In this document: positions 46,574-55,679 of the stretch, one piece after another | Layout: each line of letters starts with the position of its first letter | Position numbering within the stretch: position 1 is the stretch's first letter | Assembly: GCA_038148515.1 (NCBI GenBank) | Contig: JAYQVP010000003.1 | Span: forward strand, 96,603-160,602 | Source of the DNA: Poseidonia sp. | Lineage (GTDB): Archaea; Thermoplasmatota; Poseidoniia; Poseidoniales; Poseidoniaceae | Direction: 5' to 3' | Length of the DNA stretch: 64,000 bases | The notes under the pieces: model-generated | The model's database searches: none | What the model was told of the DNA's origin: nothing | Seen by the model: only the letters and a program-made list of their open reading frames with translations | Position numbers and translations under genes: made by a program

Positions 46574-49500
46574 TCATTCTTCCCAGACAGCCCAGTCGTC
46601 CCAGCCTTCTTCGCGGTACCACCAAACGCCGTCTTCGTCTTCCCACCATTCGGTGCCAAATTCGTCAACGCTGATGCCGTCGTCGTTTTCTTCCTCGGCC
46701 TCGCTGGTGGTATCCTCGGCGGTGGCACCGAATTCAAAGGCATCAGCGCTGCTTCCCAGCGTCGGGCTTGATGCCAAACCTTCGGGGGCTGCTTCATGCA
46801 ATTCTTTCCCTTGTTCCTTCAAGTCGTCAAGCGATTGAGAGGATGAGAGGTCGTAGACATCTTCCGCATGGGCCCGAGAGGCCGGCTGCTCCATGGCTTC
46901 TGAATAGAAGTCAACCTCTTCGTCAAGATTCTCGCCATCATCCATACGGCCTCGCATGAAGAGAACACCGCCAAGGGCGGCGATGAGGGCCAGGACCAGA
47001 CCAATGCCAACGACCACCGGTGTCATGGCACTCGAGGTGTCGTCGGCTTGGGGTTCGCCGGTGGGATCGGTATCGTCAGTGGGCATTTCACCCAACGTCC
47101 AGATCAACTCATCCTCCAAAAAGGACGATGATTCATTGGTCGGGCACGGGCTGTCGGTGGCCGCAACGCATTCGAACGTCACCAAATAGCCCACACCCTG
47201 AACACCGGGGAAGAGGCCGTCCGAAGGTCCGTTTCGAGTCGGAGTAAAGATGACTTCCATTGAGGCGTTTGCGGCAAGAGTGACCGTTGTTGACCCGGTC
47301 AAACTGGGGACATCAAAGGTGATGGGGGGTGGCGTTGTGGGCAGAACAGTCCACGTAAACGCCACCTCAACGGAAAACGAATTGGGGTTGGTGAGCGTGC
47401 AGACAATAGCCTCGTCAGTGCCTTCATCCATCCACGGGTAGCTGGCTTCTTCATCGCAATCGATAACGGGATCGTCGGTAGTGGTGGGGACGGTGGGTTC
47501 GCCAGTGGAATTAGTTGAGTTCGTGGTGTTGGTCGGTTCTTCCACCACAGGCGAGGCTTCAAACGCATAGGAAGCGGTCATGCCCGGGAGGTAGTAAACG
47601 GGCGGGTCGACGGGCAATGAAAGGAGCAGTAGGGCATCGTAAGCACCTTGACCTGCGATTGACAACTCGTTGGCACGAAGTTCGGCCGTCCCAGTGCCCA
47701 ACTCAGTGGTGCCGTTCAAAACGGCCCAATCCACCATCAGGTTCAGCAACAGGTCTTGATGGAGGGGGTCGAGGGTCGAAACGGTGAACGTTTCATCGAA
47801 GGTCATGCTGTCGGTAAGGGCAATTTCGGATGGTCCCTGCACCTCGAGTTCGATGGTACCGAAGGCCTCGGTCGTGTTTGAAGCACCCTCCAAGGGTTGG
47901 CTGACGGCATCCCCTGCGCTTCCCGGGTAGGCCACCTTCAGCGTCATGTTTCCAACCGCTTTGATGGGGCCGAGGGAGGAGAGTGAATTGAGGGAAAACA
48001 AGGCATATCCCGAGGCATCGGTGGTCCCTTGTACCGTGTACTGTTCAGTCGCTCCAACGATGAGAAGCTCAAGAGGCGCATTGGCGATGGGTGTACCGTT
48101 TTGATGCAAATGAGCCGATGCATTCAGACCGCGTTGCCTCGAGAGCAACAGGCGGTCAAGGCCCTCAACCTCATCGAAACCCTCGAACGTTACGTCCAAG
48201 GTGGTGGACAGTGCGGTATCGTTTCGGGAGTACACAGGGCCAAAGGCCGAGATATTATCGGAGGCGTTGCCGTAGGAATCGAAACCGACCACGGCCACGA
48301 AGTAAGCCGTCCCATCCACCAACGGGGCTTGCAGGCTATCCTCACGCACCTGCAAACCAAAGGTTGTGGCGTTCGTGGTGTGGACCGTTGACTGTTCGGC
48401 GATCGAGGTAAAATTGGAGTTGAGGACGTAAATGCGATGTTCAACGATGGAGGGGTCGCCAGCGCCCCACGAAATGTCAAGCGCTCCGCCTGTGTCGTTG
48501 GGTGCGTCCATGGCCGAAACGTTGGGCACGTGTGACTTCGGTACGGGGAAGGGGACGGTGACGGTAACAGGGGCGGATAGATTGCTTACGACGCCGAACT
48601 CGTGCACGCTGCGCACCCAATACGTCCATGACTGCCCGGGTTGAACAGCGCTGTCGAAGGTTGTGTTTTCTGAAACTTGGACGTAAGGGTTGCTGGTGTT
48701 GATCGCTTGGCCGGCAACTGAACGGTACACCGCGAAACGTAGCACGTCGCTACCAAAATCACTTCGATTTTGCCATTCGAGCCGGACGTGGTCGGGGGCC
48801 AAATCAACAACGCTGACTTGCGGTCGCGGTGGGAGAGCCAAGTTGGGGGCTCCGTCTTGGTAGTTGACGCTGGGCGAGGTGAGAATGAAACTGCCGTTCT
48901 GCGACGTATTGAAGACGAAGGGGACGAGGAAGTTACCGGTTCCCAGGGTCATACGTTGATTCAGCGCATTCGACAAGTTCCCGGACAGTTGAGGGTTGGT
49001 GTTGACGAGGAAATCCGCCACGTATGGCAGGTCGAGGTTTGAGAAGGTGAACACCCCTTCGGCCATGGCGTGCATGGAAAGGGTGACGGGCGACATTTGG
49101 ATTCCATAACTGTCGGTCGTGTAATTCAATCCGGAGGAAATCAAGTTCAATCTCGAGGAAAGGATTCCATTGAGGTCCTGAAGGGCCAAAGGAGCAAGCC
49201 CTCGGCTGCCGTCGCCTGCGTAGCCCGTCGCATTCACATCGGGCATTCCGTCGTGTTCGATGTCATAACCAATGGTGTGCCAAGCGGAAATAAACACACC
49301 AAGTTGACTGCCCTCCCCACCAAGGACGATGTGTTCCTTGATGCCGTCCCCGTCGAGGTCAGCGAAAAAGATGGCTCGCGGCGCTGTACCGGGCTCCAAG
49401 ACGGCAAAAGATTGGCTAGTACGGACAGTATGGCGATTTTGATTACTTCCCCAACCCGATGTGTAGAACTCATGCGCAGTGATGTTGCCGTCCAAGGTCG

Positions 49501-50917
49501 CAGGGTTGCCGTCGGGACTGCCCCCGTTGGGCATCAAGAAATGCGGCGTTTGGTCCATGTCAAAATCGTACACCGATGCGTTGGTGAGGTCCAACGAACC
49601 CATGTGATTGTTGCCAGCCCAATTGGTGAAACCATGACGAATCGTCCGATACCCGCTGCCGCCCGATGTCGAGGCGATGATATCAAGGTCGCCATCACCA
49701 TCAAAATCGCCGACCACGTTGGTCTGACTGACACCATCGATGGTGTTCGTTCCTCCGGCTAAACTGCTGGAGGTGTTGGACCACCACACCTCGGTACCGT
49801 CTCCACTGGATGTGGCGGCGATGACGCTGGGAGGGTCCAATTCACCGTCAAAGCGCGCCATAACCATGTGCGTAAACGTTCTCGGCGTCGTCGTTCCAGT
49901 GACATAAATCACCATTTCGTCGACGTTGGAGAAGGAATTGCTCCGGTTGCTGAATTGGTCGACTGAAACCTTGCCGCCCGAGCGAATCGAGACCATTTGG
50001 TCAAAGCCGTTCCCGTTAAATTCTTCAAAACCAAAGTCGATCACCCCAGAAGGCACGCTGACGTTGATTTGTGGTTGGAACAAACCCGTCGTGCTGTTGA
50101 CGAAGTGAATACACAGTTTTGCGTCATTCTTGGCGTAGTTCACCACGTCGTCAAAGCCATCCCCGTTCAAATCAGCCGCCATCGTTCGCGTCACGTTGGC
50201 GCAGGTGGGCACCCAAGAGGAGAAATTCACGCCGTTCAATGCATCATACGACACGATGCGGAAAGCTTCGCCGACCGTTGTAGTGGTGGTGTTGGAGGTG
50301 GCGTTGTAGGCGGTCATGTGCGCTGTTTGAGAGAACATTACCACGTCGTCCTTGTTATCGTTGTTGACATCACCGATATCGGTGGAGTGAACGAAACCCG
50401 TTGGGAAAAAACCTCCCGTGAGCGTTGGAGAAAATCCGATATCCATGTTTGCGCTTGACAATGTCGCCCCGGTGGGAAGCAAGAAGGCAGGTGAAAACGG
50501 GTTGGTGATGTTGGTTGTTGTGGGTGAAATTGACAGATTGCTCACGGACTGGTCGTTGTGAAAGACGACCTGTTGTCCAAAATTGCCGTAACCGACTTGA
50601 TTGAAGGACCACTCCGGAGCGCCATCGAGATTCACATCCAATTCAACCCATCCAGGAGATGAACCGCTGGAGTCGGGCTTCATGAAAAAGGATGCACTGT
50701 TGATTGTTGTGTTCCGTTCAAGCGTAAATCCGATGGCACTGTGTTGGCCGCCGTTGACCGTCACGGTGTGTTCTGCCGTTCCGTCTGAAAAGACGGTGAT
50801 GTTCCCGCCTTGAGCTTGTGCCGTCAACACGCTCCATCCTGGTGCGAGCAGCAAGAATACCAAAAGCCAACTCATCCATCGACCGTTCATCATCAGCCCC
50901 ATACCGAATGGGTTCAC
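46574..50917 (-). CDS. Large surface protein with FG-GAP/VCBS repeats, FN3-like modules, TM anchor and acidic Trp-rich cytoplasmic tail
   Basis: Signal peptide, GDVNNDNKDD, ADLNGDGFDD, GDFDGDGDLDI, ADLDGDG, DAPNDTGG module, TM helix, and terminal WWEDEDGVWWY. Start may be 50902 or 50893. Confidence 0.85.
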   Translation of the reverse strand: MNPFGMGLMMNGRWMSWLLVFLLLAPGWSVLTAQAQGGNITVFSDGTAEHTVTVNGGQHSAIGFTLERNTTINSASFFMKPDSSGSSPGWVELDVNLDGAPEWSFNQVGYGNFGQQVVFHNDQSVSNLSISPTTTNITNPFSPAFLLPTGATLSSANMDIGFSPTLTGGFFPTGFVHSTDIGDVNNDNKDDVVMFSQTAHMTAYNATSNTTTTTVGEAFRIVSYDALNGVNFSSWVPTCANVTRTMAADLNGDGFDDVVNYAKNDAKLCIHFVNSTTGLFQPQINVSVPSGVIDFGFEEFNGNGFDQMVSIRSGGKVSVDQFSNRSNSFSNVDEMVIYVTGTTTPRTFTHMVMARFDGELDPPSVIAATSSGDGTEVWWSNTSSSLAGGTNTIDGVSQTNVVGDFDGDGDLDIIASTSGGSGYRTIRHGFTNWAGNNHMGSLDLTNASVYDFDMDQTPHFLMPNGGSPDGNPATLDGNITAHEFYTSGWGSNQNRHTVRTSQSFAVLEPGTAPRAIFFADLDGDGIKEHIVLGGEGSQLGVFISAWHTIGYDIEHDGMPDVNATGYAGDGSRGLAPLALQDLNGILSSRLNLISSGLNYTTDSYGIQMSPVTLSMHAMAEGVFTFSNLDLPYVADFLVNTNPQLSGNLSNALNQRMTLGTGNFLVPFVFNTSQNGSFILTSPSVNYQDGAPNLALPPRPQVSVVDLAPDHVRLEWQNRSDFGSDVLRFAVYRSVAGQAINTSNPYVQVSENTTFDSAVQPGQSWTYWVRSVHEFGVVSNLSAPVTVTVPFPVPKSHVPNVSAMDAPNDTGGALDISWGAGDPSIVEHRIYVLNSNFTSIAEQSTVHTTNATTFGLQVREDSLQAPLVDGTAYFVAVVGFDSYGNASDNISAFGPVYSRNDTALSTTLDVTFEGFDEVEGLDRLLLSRQRGLNASAHLHQNGTPIANAPLELLIVGATEQYTVQGTTDASGYALFSLNSLSSLGPIKAVGNMTLKVAYPGSAGDAVSQPLEGASNTTEAFGTIELEVQGPSEIALTDSMTFDETFTVSTLDPLHQDLLLNLMVDWAVLNGTTELGTGTAELRANELSIAGQGAYDALLLLSLPVDPPVYYLPGMTASYAFEASPVVEEPTNTTNSTNSTGEPTVPTTTDDPVIDCDEEASYPWMDEGTDEAIVCTLTNPNSFSVEVAFTWTVLPTTPPPITFDVPSLTGSTTVTLAANASMEVIFTPTRNGPSDGLFPGVQGVGYLVTFECVAATDSPCPTNESSSFLEDELIWTLGEMPTDDTDPTGEPQADDTSSAMTPVVVGIGLVLALIAALGGVLFMRGRMDDGENLDEEVDFYSEAMEQPASRAHAEDVYDLSSSQSLDDLKEQGKELHEAAPEGLASSPTLGSSADAFEFGATAEDTTSEAEEENDDGISVDEFGTEWWEDEDGVWWYREEGWDDWAVWEE

Positions 50918-50962
50918 ACCCCGTTAAGGCCGTTTCGCCTTCATGAACCTTCAATTCCGCGT

Positions 50963-50996
50963 AAAAATGTATCATTTTTCTCAACATAATGTTATG
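50963..50996. promoter_or_regulatory. Inverted repeats (putative operators) in AT-rich divergent promoter
   Basis: AAAAATG-TAT-CATTTTT (50963-50979) and CATAA-TG-TTATG (50985-50996). Confidence 0.5.
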
Positions 50997-51521
50997 AATG
51001 ATAGGAGGGAGTTCGAAGCGAGGGCGTGGCGATTGAGACTGACTGTTCGAGCGGGAGACATGGAAATTGACTTGGAGGGTGCCGCCATCCAAATTGATGA
51101 ACATGTCGCTGCCGCCAAAGATGACCACACATGGACCGCCTTGCTTGAACGCATCCGCGAAGCCCGGGAACATGCGGTTGAAGCGGCTGTTTCCGCTGCT
51201 CGAGAGGCTGGACTTCCCGAGCGCGGATCCGCATTCCGCACCCTGCTGACCAACTGCGCCTTGACAAAAAAACCCGATCAGGTGTTGGGAGCCATTCACT
51301 ATCTGCGCAATGTGGAAGGTATCGAAGACAGCCCCCCTCGCATCGTGAACGAGTTGTTCGAGGACGCAGGCATTGACCCGCCCGGCAACCTGTCGTTGTA
51401 CCTTAACCGCTTGAAAGAGCGGAATTTCCTCATGGTCCCTGAAGGCAAAGACGACAAGAACCGTTTCGCAATCCTTACACCCGAAGGCCAAGACCACCTC
51501 GATAAGCGCTCCAGCGCTTGA
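50994..51521 (+). CDS. Hypothetical protein with C-terminal winged-HTH
   Basis: GNLSLYLNRLKERNFL...ILTPEGQDHL is a wHTH-like ending. True start may be TTG 51033 or ATG 51060. Confidence 0.7.
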   Translation: MNDRREFEARAWRLRLTVRAGDMEIDLEGAAIQIDEHVAAAKDDHTWTALLERIREAREHAVEAAVSAAREAGLPERGSAFRTLLTNCALTKKPDQVLGAIHYLRNVEGIEDSPPRIVNELFEDAGIDPPGNLSLYLNRLKERNFLMVPEGKDDKNRFAILTPEGQDHLDKRSSA

Positions 51522-51530
51522 GGTGAAACA

Positions 51531-51974
51531 ATGGTCATGTCGGGCGGTGGTCAAGGAGACCCCAGAGACGATGATTCAACGTCCGAAGAGGCCGTCGTCA
51601 TCGACTATTCCTTTCAAAACCACGCAAAGGCGGTGTTGAGGAAGGGTCGTCACAGTGGGTCGACCTTCCGTCGAGCCATCCTCGATCAAGCCGATCTCAC
51701 CGAAGGCGACTTCACGCGTTGTGATTTTCGCCGGGCGTCAATGGTTGAAGCGGATTTAATGAAATCAGCCTTTGATTTCGCAGATTTTCGCGGGGCCGAC
51801 CTCAGAAAAGCCCGGTTAAATCTTTCCAATTTCAAAAACTGCCAATTCGAAGGTGCTGACCTCCGAGGTATTCGGGGCAAATACGCCATTTGGCAAGGGA
51901 GCGATTGGTGGAATGCCATCATGGACGACGAGTTGCGAGCAGCCCTAGCAAAAAAATGGCCGCAGCCTGAATGA
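51531..51974 (+). CDS. Pentapeptide repeat protein
   Basis: Tandem A(D/I)L/F-xx repeats (AILDQ ADLTE GDFTR CDFRR ASMVE ADLMK...). GAGGTGA SD. Confidence 0.9.
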   Translation: MVMSGGGQGDPRDDDSTSEEAVVIDYSFQNHAKAVLRKGRHSGSTFRRAILDQADLTEGDFTRCDFRRASMVEADLMKSAFDFADFRGADLRKARLNLSNFKNCQFEGADLRGIRGKYAIWQGSDWWNAIMDDELRAALAKKWPQPE

Positions 51975-51977
51975 CGG

Positions 51978-52586
51978 TCACTCTTCTTCTGCAAGGACGG
52001 CGTTTCTGGCATCGGCTTTCACTACCACCTGCACCCGCTGGTTGAGAGCGAGACGTGCCCTCACATTGAGCAACGGCAAGGCACTCATCGCTACGCAAAT
52101 GCCCATCAAGACCCCACACAGATAGACCCACAACTGATAGGTGAGCTTCAGCGCTTCACCGAGGTGCGTTTCGGCTGCCATGTTGATGGATTGGCTCGCC
52201 CAAACACCGCCGACCAATCCCACACCTGCGCCAATGATGCAGAGCACCGCGCCTTCTTTTCGTAACCTGTAAAGCAACGGGGCACCCAGAAACAGGGAAC
52301 CCGACGCAAGGAGCAGGGAGAGGCTGCGAACAAGGTACCCCTTGTTGGTTTGGACCTCGTTCTCAAACGCCCGATAATCATCCAACGAGGTGGGTTCGCC
52401 ATCTTGACTGTTGGGGGTAGAAAGGAAGGTTTGGATTTGATCGTCGGACAAACCTTCGTGATGGAGTTGCCAGTCTTGCCAACCCATTAATCCAACAAAC
52501 AGTGCGCTCACGAACAACAGAATGGCCAACGTTTTCGGCCCTTTCGTGTCCGGTTGAATCTCCAGCAGGGCGGGATCCATACTCAT
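51978..52586 (-). CDS. Hypothetical 4-TM membrane protein
   Basis: Four hydrophobic helices. Start overlaps the thioesterase stop, with GGAGG SD. Confidence 0.75.
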   Translation of the reverse strand: MSMDPALLEIQPDTKGPKTLAILLFVSALFVGLMGWQDWQLHHEGLSDDQIQTFLSTPNSQDGEPTSLDDYRAFENEVQTNKGYLVRSLSLLLASGSLFLGAPLLYRLRKEGAVLCIIGAGVGLVGGVWASQSINMAAETHLGEALKLTYQLWVYLCGVLMGICVAMSALPLLNVRARLALNQRVQVVVKADARNAVLAEEE

Positions 52587-53002
52587 CCCTCCGCCTCGAT
52601 GTGGTGTTCCAACCCCGTTCGGATATCGGATGGAAGTTCGGTGGGGTCCATGCTGTCCATGTTGACACATACAGTGGTTTGAACGGACGTCCAGACCAAT
52701 TCCCCGTTTTGGTTGTGCAGGCGGTAACGCCAAACGACTGAGCTTCGGCCGATGGAAGCGATGCTGATCACACAACGGATAGTGTCCCCGTACCGAAGAG
52801 GGGACAAAAATTCGGATTCAACCTTCACCACAGGAAAACCCAGCCGTCGCTTGGCGAGAACGTCGTGGTAAGGGAGACCGCAAATTTCCGGCCAGGTCGA
52901 TTCGAAGAAACGGTGGGCGAGGTCAAAGATACGCGGGTAGTAAGCGATGTTGGCGAGGTCGACCATGGCGAACTCCACCGTCCGCGTCAACTCCATCGCC
53001 AT
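52583..53002 (-). CDS. Acyl-CoA thioesterase (4HBT hotdog fold)
   Basis: VEF..VDLANIAYY..IF, FPVV....EF.SPLRYGD, IGRSS. Confidence 0.87.
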   Translation of the reverse strand: MAMELTRTVEFAMVDLANIAYYPRIFDLAHRFFESTWPEICGLPYHDVLAKRRLGFPVVKVESEFLSPLRYGDTIRCVISIASIGRSSVVWRYRLHNQNGELVWTSVQTTVCVNMDSMDPTELPSDIRTGLEHHIEAEG

Positions 53003-53096
53003 GCAAGGCGACTCCCGCTTCCCAACATCAACCCTTGTGAAGCGAGCGGTGTCCGCCACCCTCGCGCTTATATTGGGGCGGCGATTCGCCCGAATC

Positions 53097-53173
53097 GGCC
53101 CTATAGTGTAGCTTGGATATCACAGAGGCTTGCGGAGCCTCGAACCCGTGTTCGAATCGCGGTGGGGCCGCCA
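53097..53173 (+). tRNA. tRNA-Arg(GCG)
   Basis: Acceptor GGCCCTA/TGGGGCC, anticodon arm GAGGC-TTGCGGA-GCCTC, T-loop GTTCGAATC, encoded CCA, and TATA TTATAT at 53068-53073. Confidence 0.95.
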
Positions 53174-53182
53174 CCCTTCATC

Positions 53183-54205
53183 TCAAACACGAGCCCGCTC
53201 GCGGAGAACTTCGTCCAGTTGAATGATGTGCTGCAACGAAGATTCGGAGAGGTAATCGCCGTCCCATGGGTCGGAGTGGATATCTTTGGGGTTGTATTCC
53301 TCCTCACAGATGAGGGGCACCAGGACACGAGCCAGCGGCGGATAGTCCGTCGCCACCTTGCGGAGGAAGATGGGGTCAGTTTCCCATTCGTTGCAGGTTT
53401 TGAGCATCGCAGGGCATTGTGAAAGATGCTCGGCCGCATCGAAGAACGAGGAGAGATGGTGCGACGATGTTTCGTCTTGATGGTCCTCGAACATCACGTT
53501 CCACCATGTTTGGCGTGGCTTTTGATACTCAATTTTGAATCCATTGGTCAGCGGCTGACGGAAGTGGATTCTCCACTTCCACCCGTTGGTCCCTGGCACG
53601 GTGAAGGTGTCGTTGTTGAAGTCGAACTCACCGTTGTACTCCTTGGCGAAATGGCGTTCCAGCGAAGGGGTCAGCGGTGAGCGGGTGATGCCGTAGAGGT
53701 GGAGAAGGGTTCGGCGCAGCGGACCCAAGTGGGGCTCAAGGTACATCTGCTCGTCGTTCATCAAGCCCAGTAAGTAGCCAGCCAGCAGATCGGCAGCTGG
53801 CATGTTCTTTTGGGGCTGAACTTGTACACAAGCGGTGCGGGGGTCGCTCACCAAACCCGTTTTGGGGTGCACCTCAACCGCTTCAAAGGACGTGTACTCG
53901 AAGGGATTGCTCAATCGCTGCAGAAAGGCGGGGAGATTGACTTTGTACAAGGCCAACCTGCCTACGACAAGCAAATGGCCATCTGCATCGAGTTGCATTC
54001 TTGATTCGTTTTGTCGGATGATGTCCCTGACAAAACGGCCAGCTCGCACGGAGGCTTTGGCTTGTTCATAGATGTCATCGAACATCGATTGACGACGGAG
54101 TCCCTGTGTAGAATCGAAGAGCGACGCATCGTGGTCGTACCCTTCAATATCGTCCACATCATCATCATCGCCACCAAACAAAGCTGCAAGCCCGTCAAAC
54201 ACCAT
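53183..54205 (-). CDS. Hypothetical protein sharing a domain with the 31591-33981 protein
   Basis: Long ORF. TTTATA at -29 from ATG 54205 supports this start. Confidence 0.75.
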   Translation of the reverse strand: MVFDGLAALFGGDDDDVDDIEGYDHDASLFDSTQGLRRQSMFDDIYEQAKASVRAGRFVRDIIRQNESRMQLDADGHLLVVGRLALYKVNLPAFLQRLSNPFEYTSFEAVEVHPKTGLVSDPRTACVQVQPQKNMPAADLLAGYLLGLMNDEQMYLEPHLGPLRRTLLHLYGITRSPLTPSLERHFAKEYNGEFDFNNDTFTVPGTNGWKWRIHFRQPLTNGFKIEYQKPRQTWWNVMFEDHQDETSSHHLSSFFDAAEHLSQCPAMLKTCNEWETDPIFLRKVATDYPPLARVLVPLICEEEYNPKDIHSDPWDGDYLSESSLQHIIQLDEVLRERARV

Positions 54206-54237
54206 GCAATCAACATCATTCGAGGAGGTATAAACTC

Positions 54238-54900
54238 TCAACGCCAATCGAGAACGGGCCACGATTTCTCCGAGGCGTGTCGTTGCAGGGCCGGCTCGGG
54301 GCTGACGGCGAAAGGATGGCCGCAAACTGCCATGAAGAAACTGTCCGCCATGGTGTTCCCGTAGGCGTAACACGAGCCTAAATCGTGACCGTTTTCACGA
54401 GCGTCACGCTCAACGATGGGAACCTTTCCCTTACGGCGTGGCACGGACCATCCTCGCTCCGAGCCCGATAGCCACCCGGTTCGCTGGGCGGGGCCGCAAC
54501 CGTACACGGCATCCATCTGCAACACTTCGGCCATGGCTTCTGCCATGGGCGCCACGGTGGCGGTGACGAGGACAACGCGGTGGCCTTGCTCACGGTGCCA
54601 AGCCAAACGCTCCCATGCTTGAGGCGGGACATGTTGCTTCAACACCTCGGTGGCCAATTCGTGGGCGTACCGTTCCAGCAGTGACCAAGAGGCCAAAGAA
54701 AGATGCCCGCGGTTGCGAGCAGCATCGTAGACAGAGCGCCCTCGAACCATGTTCGTCAGAAAACCGGACGTCCATGCCAGCGCGCCCCAAGGGATACGCC
54801 ACGGACGACGCTTGGCAAGGTGCGCAGTGAGGGTCTTTTCGCTTGAAGCGTTCAGCAAGGTGCCGTCGAGGTCGAAATAGGCCGCCACCTCGCCTGCCAT
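54238..54900 (-). CDS. HAD-IB family hydrolase (SerB-like)
   Basis: YFDLDGTL, VLVTA, GK, AYGN...D..F. Confidence 0.87.
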   Translation of the reverse strand: MAGEVAAYFDLDGTLLNASSEKTLTAHLAKRRPWRIPWGALAWTSGFLTNMVRGRSVYDAARNRGHLSLASWSLLERYAHELATEVLKQHVPPQAWERLAWHREQGHRVVLVTATVAPMAEAMAEVLQMDAVYGCGPAQRTGWLSGSERGWSVPRRKGKVPIVERDARENGHDLGSCYAYGNTMADSFFMAVCGHPFAVSPEPALQRHASEKSWPVLDWR

Positions 54901-54954
54901 GAACGAGCCACGGTTTGGCCCTACATGAGCGAACCGCATCCAAACCCGTTCGCA

Positions 54955-55233
54955 TCACGAATCGTTGGCATCTGGGCCCAAGGGACCATAGACCCGTCGA
55001 CCCGCCCGGTGATCCTGCCACCACACCAATTGATGACGAAGGTGACGGGTGATGAAAAAGCCAACTTTCCGAGGGGTGAGCCCGTGGTTTCGAAGTTTCT
55101 TGTCGTGATTCAAATTCGCAACAATCGCTTGGGCTGAACAGCCCGGATTCGCCAGCACAAACCTGCTCACCTCGTGACAAAGGCGTTCAAAGCGTGCTCG
55201 TTTTTGACTCCCCTTTCCTTGTTGGTCAGACAT
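54955..55233 (-). CDS. Small basic protein, probable winged-helix
   Basis: 92 aa, basic, with NPGCSAQ.IV..L...LTPRKVGFFI...RRVY pattern. Confidence 0.65.
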   Translation of the reverse strand: MSDQQGKGSQKRARFERLCHEVSRFVLANPGCSAQAIVANLNHDKKLRNHGLTPRKVGFFITRHLRHQLVWWQDHRAGRRVYGPLGPDANDS

Positions 55234-55279
55234 AAACGATGAAAACCGAGTGAACGGTTATCAAAGAATCGTTGGGACT

Positions 55280-55633
55280 TCACTCAAATTCAACAGGCTG
55301 CGTTGTTTTCCAGTTGGCCGTCGCCAGCTTCTTGGCCTTGCCGTCAGCGATAATCGGGTGTATCTTGTTCAAGCGACCGTGCATGCCGTGCACTTGGAAT
55401 TTCACGCGAAGTTCCGCCATGCGGTCGCGCTGGAGTGCCTCGTCTTGTTCATCGTCAAGGTCAACGGTGGCGAGGACCGTTCCCTCGTTGGCGCACCGAA
55501 TAGTGAGAGTGGTGCCGGCGTAACTCAAGGTCGGTCGAAAATCCCAATCATCGGGGTGGTTCATCCATACGGAAAGATCGAGGGAAACGGTATCCCGGAC
55601 CGTGACGCGACCGATTTCTACCGTGTCAACCAT
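55280..55633 (-). CDS. Hypothetical protein
   Basis: Beta-rich 117 aa ORF from ATG 55633 with GGAGG SD. The longer ORF overlaps the PKD gene. Confidence 0.65.
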   Translation of the reverse strand: MVDTVEIGRVTVRDTVSLDLSVWMNHPDDWDFRPTLSYAGTTLTIRCANEGTVLATVDLDDEQDEALQRDRMAELRVKFQVHGMHGRLNKIHPIIADGKAKKLATANWKTTQPVEFE

Positions 55634-55679
55634 CGTAACCGAACCTCCCAACCCTCGCCGCTTCTTAGACCATTCTCTG

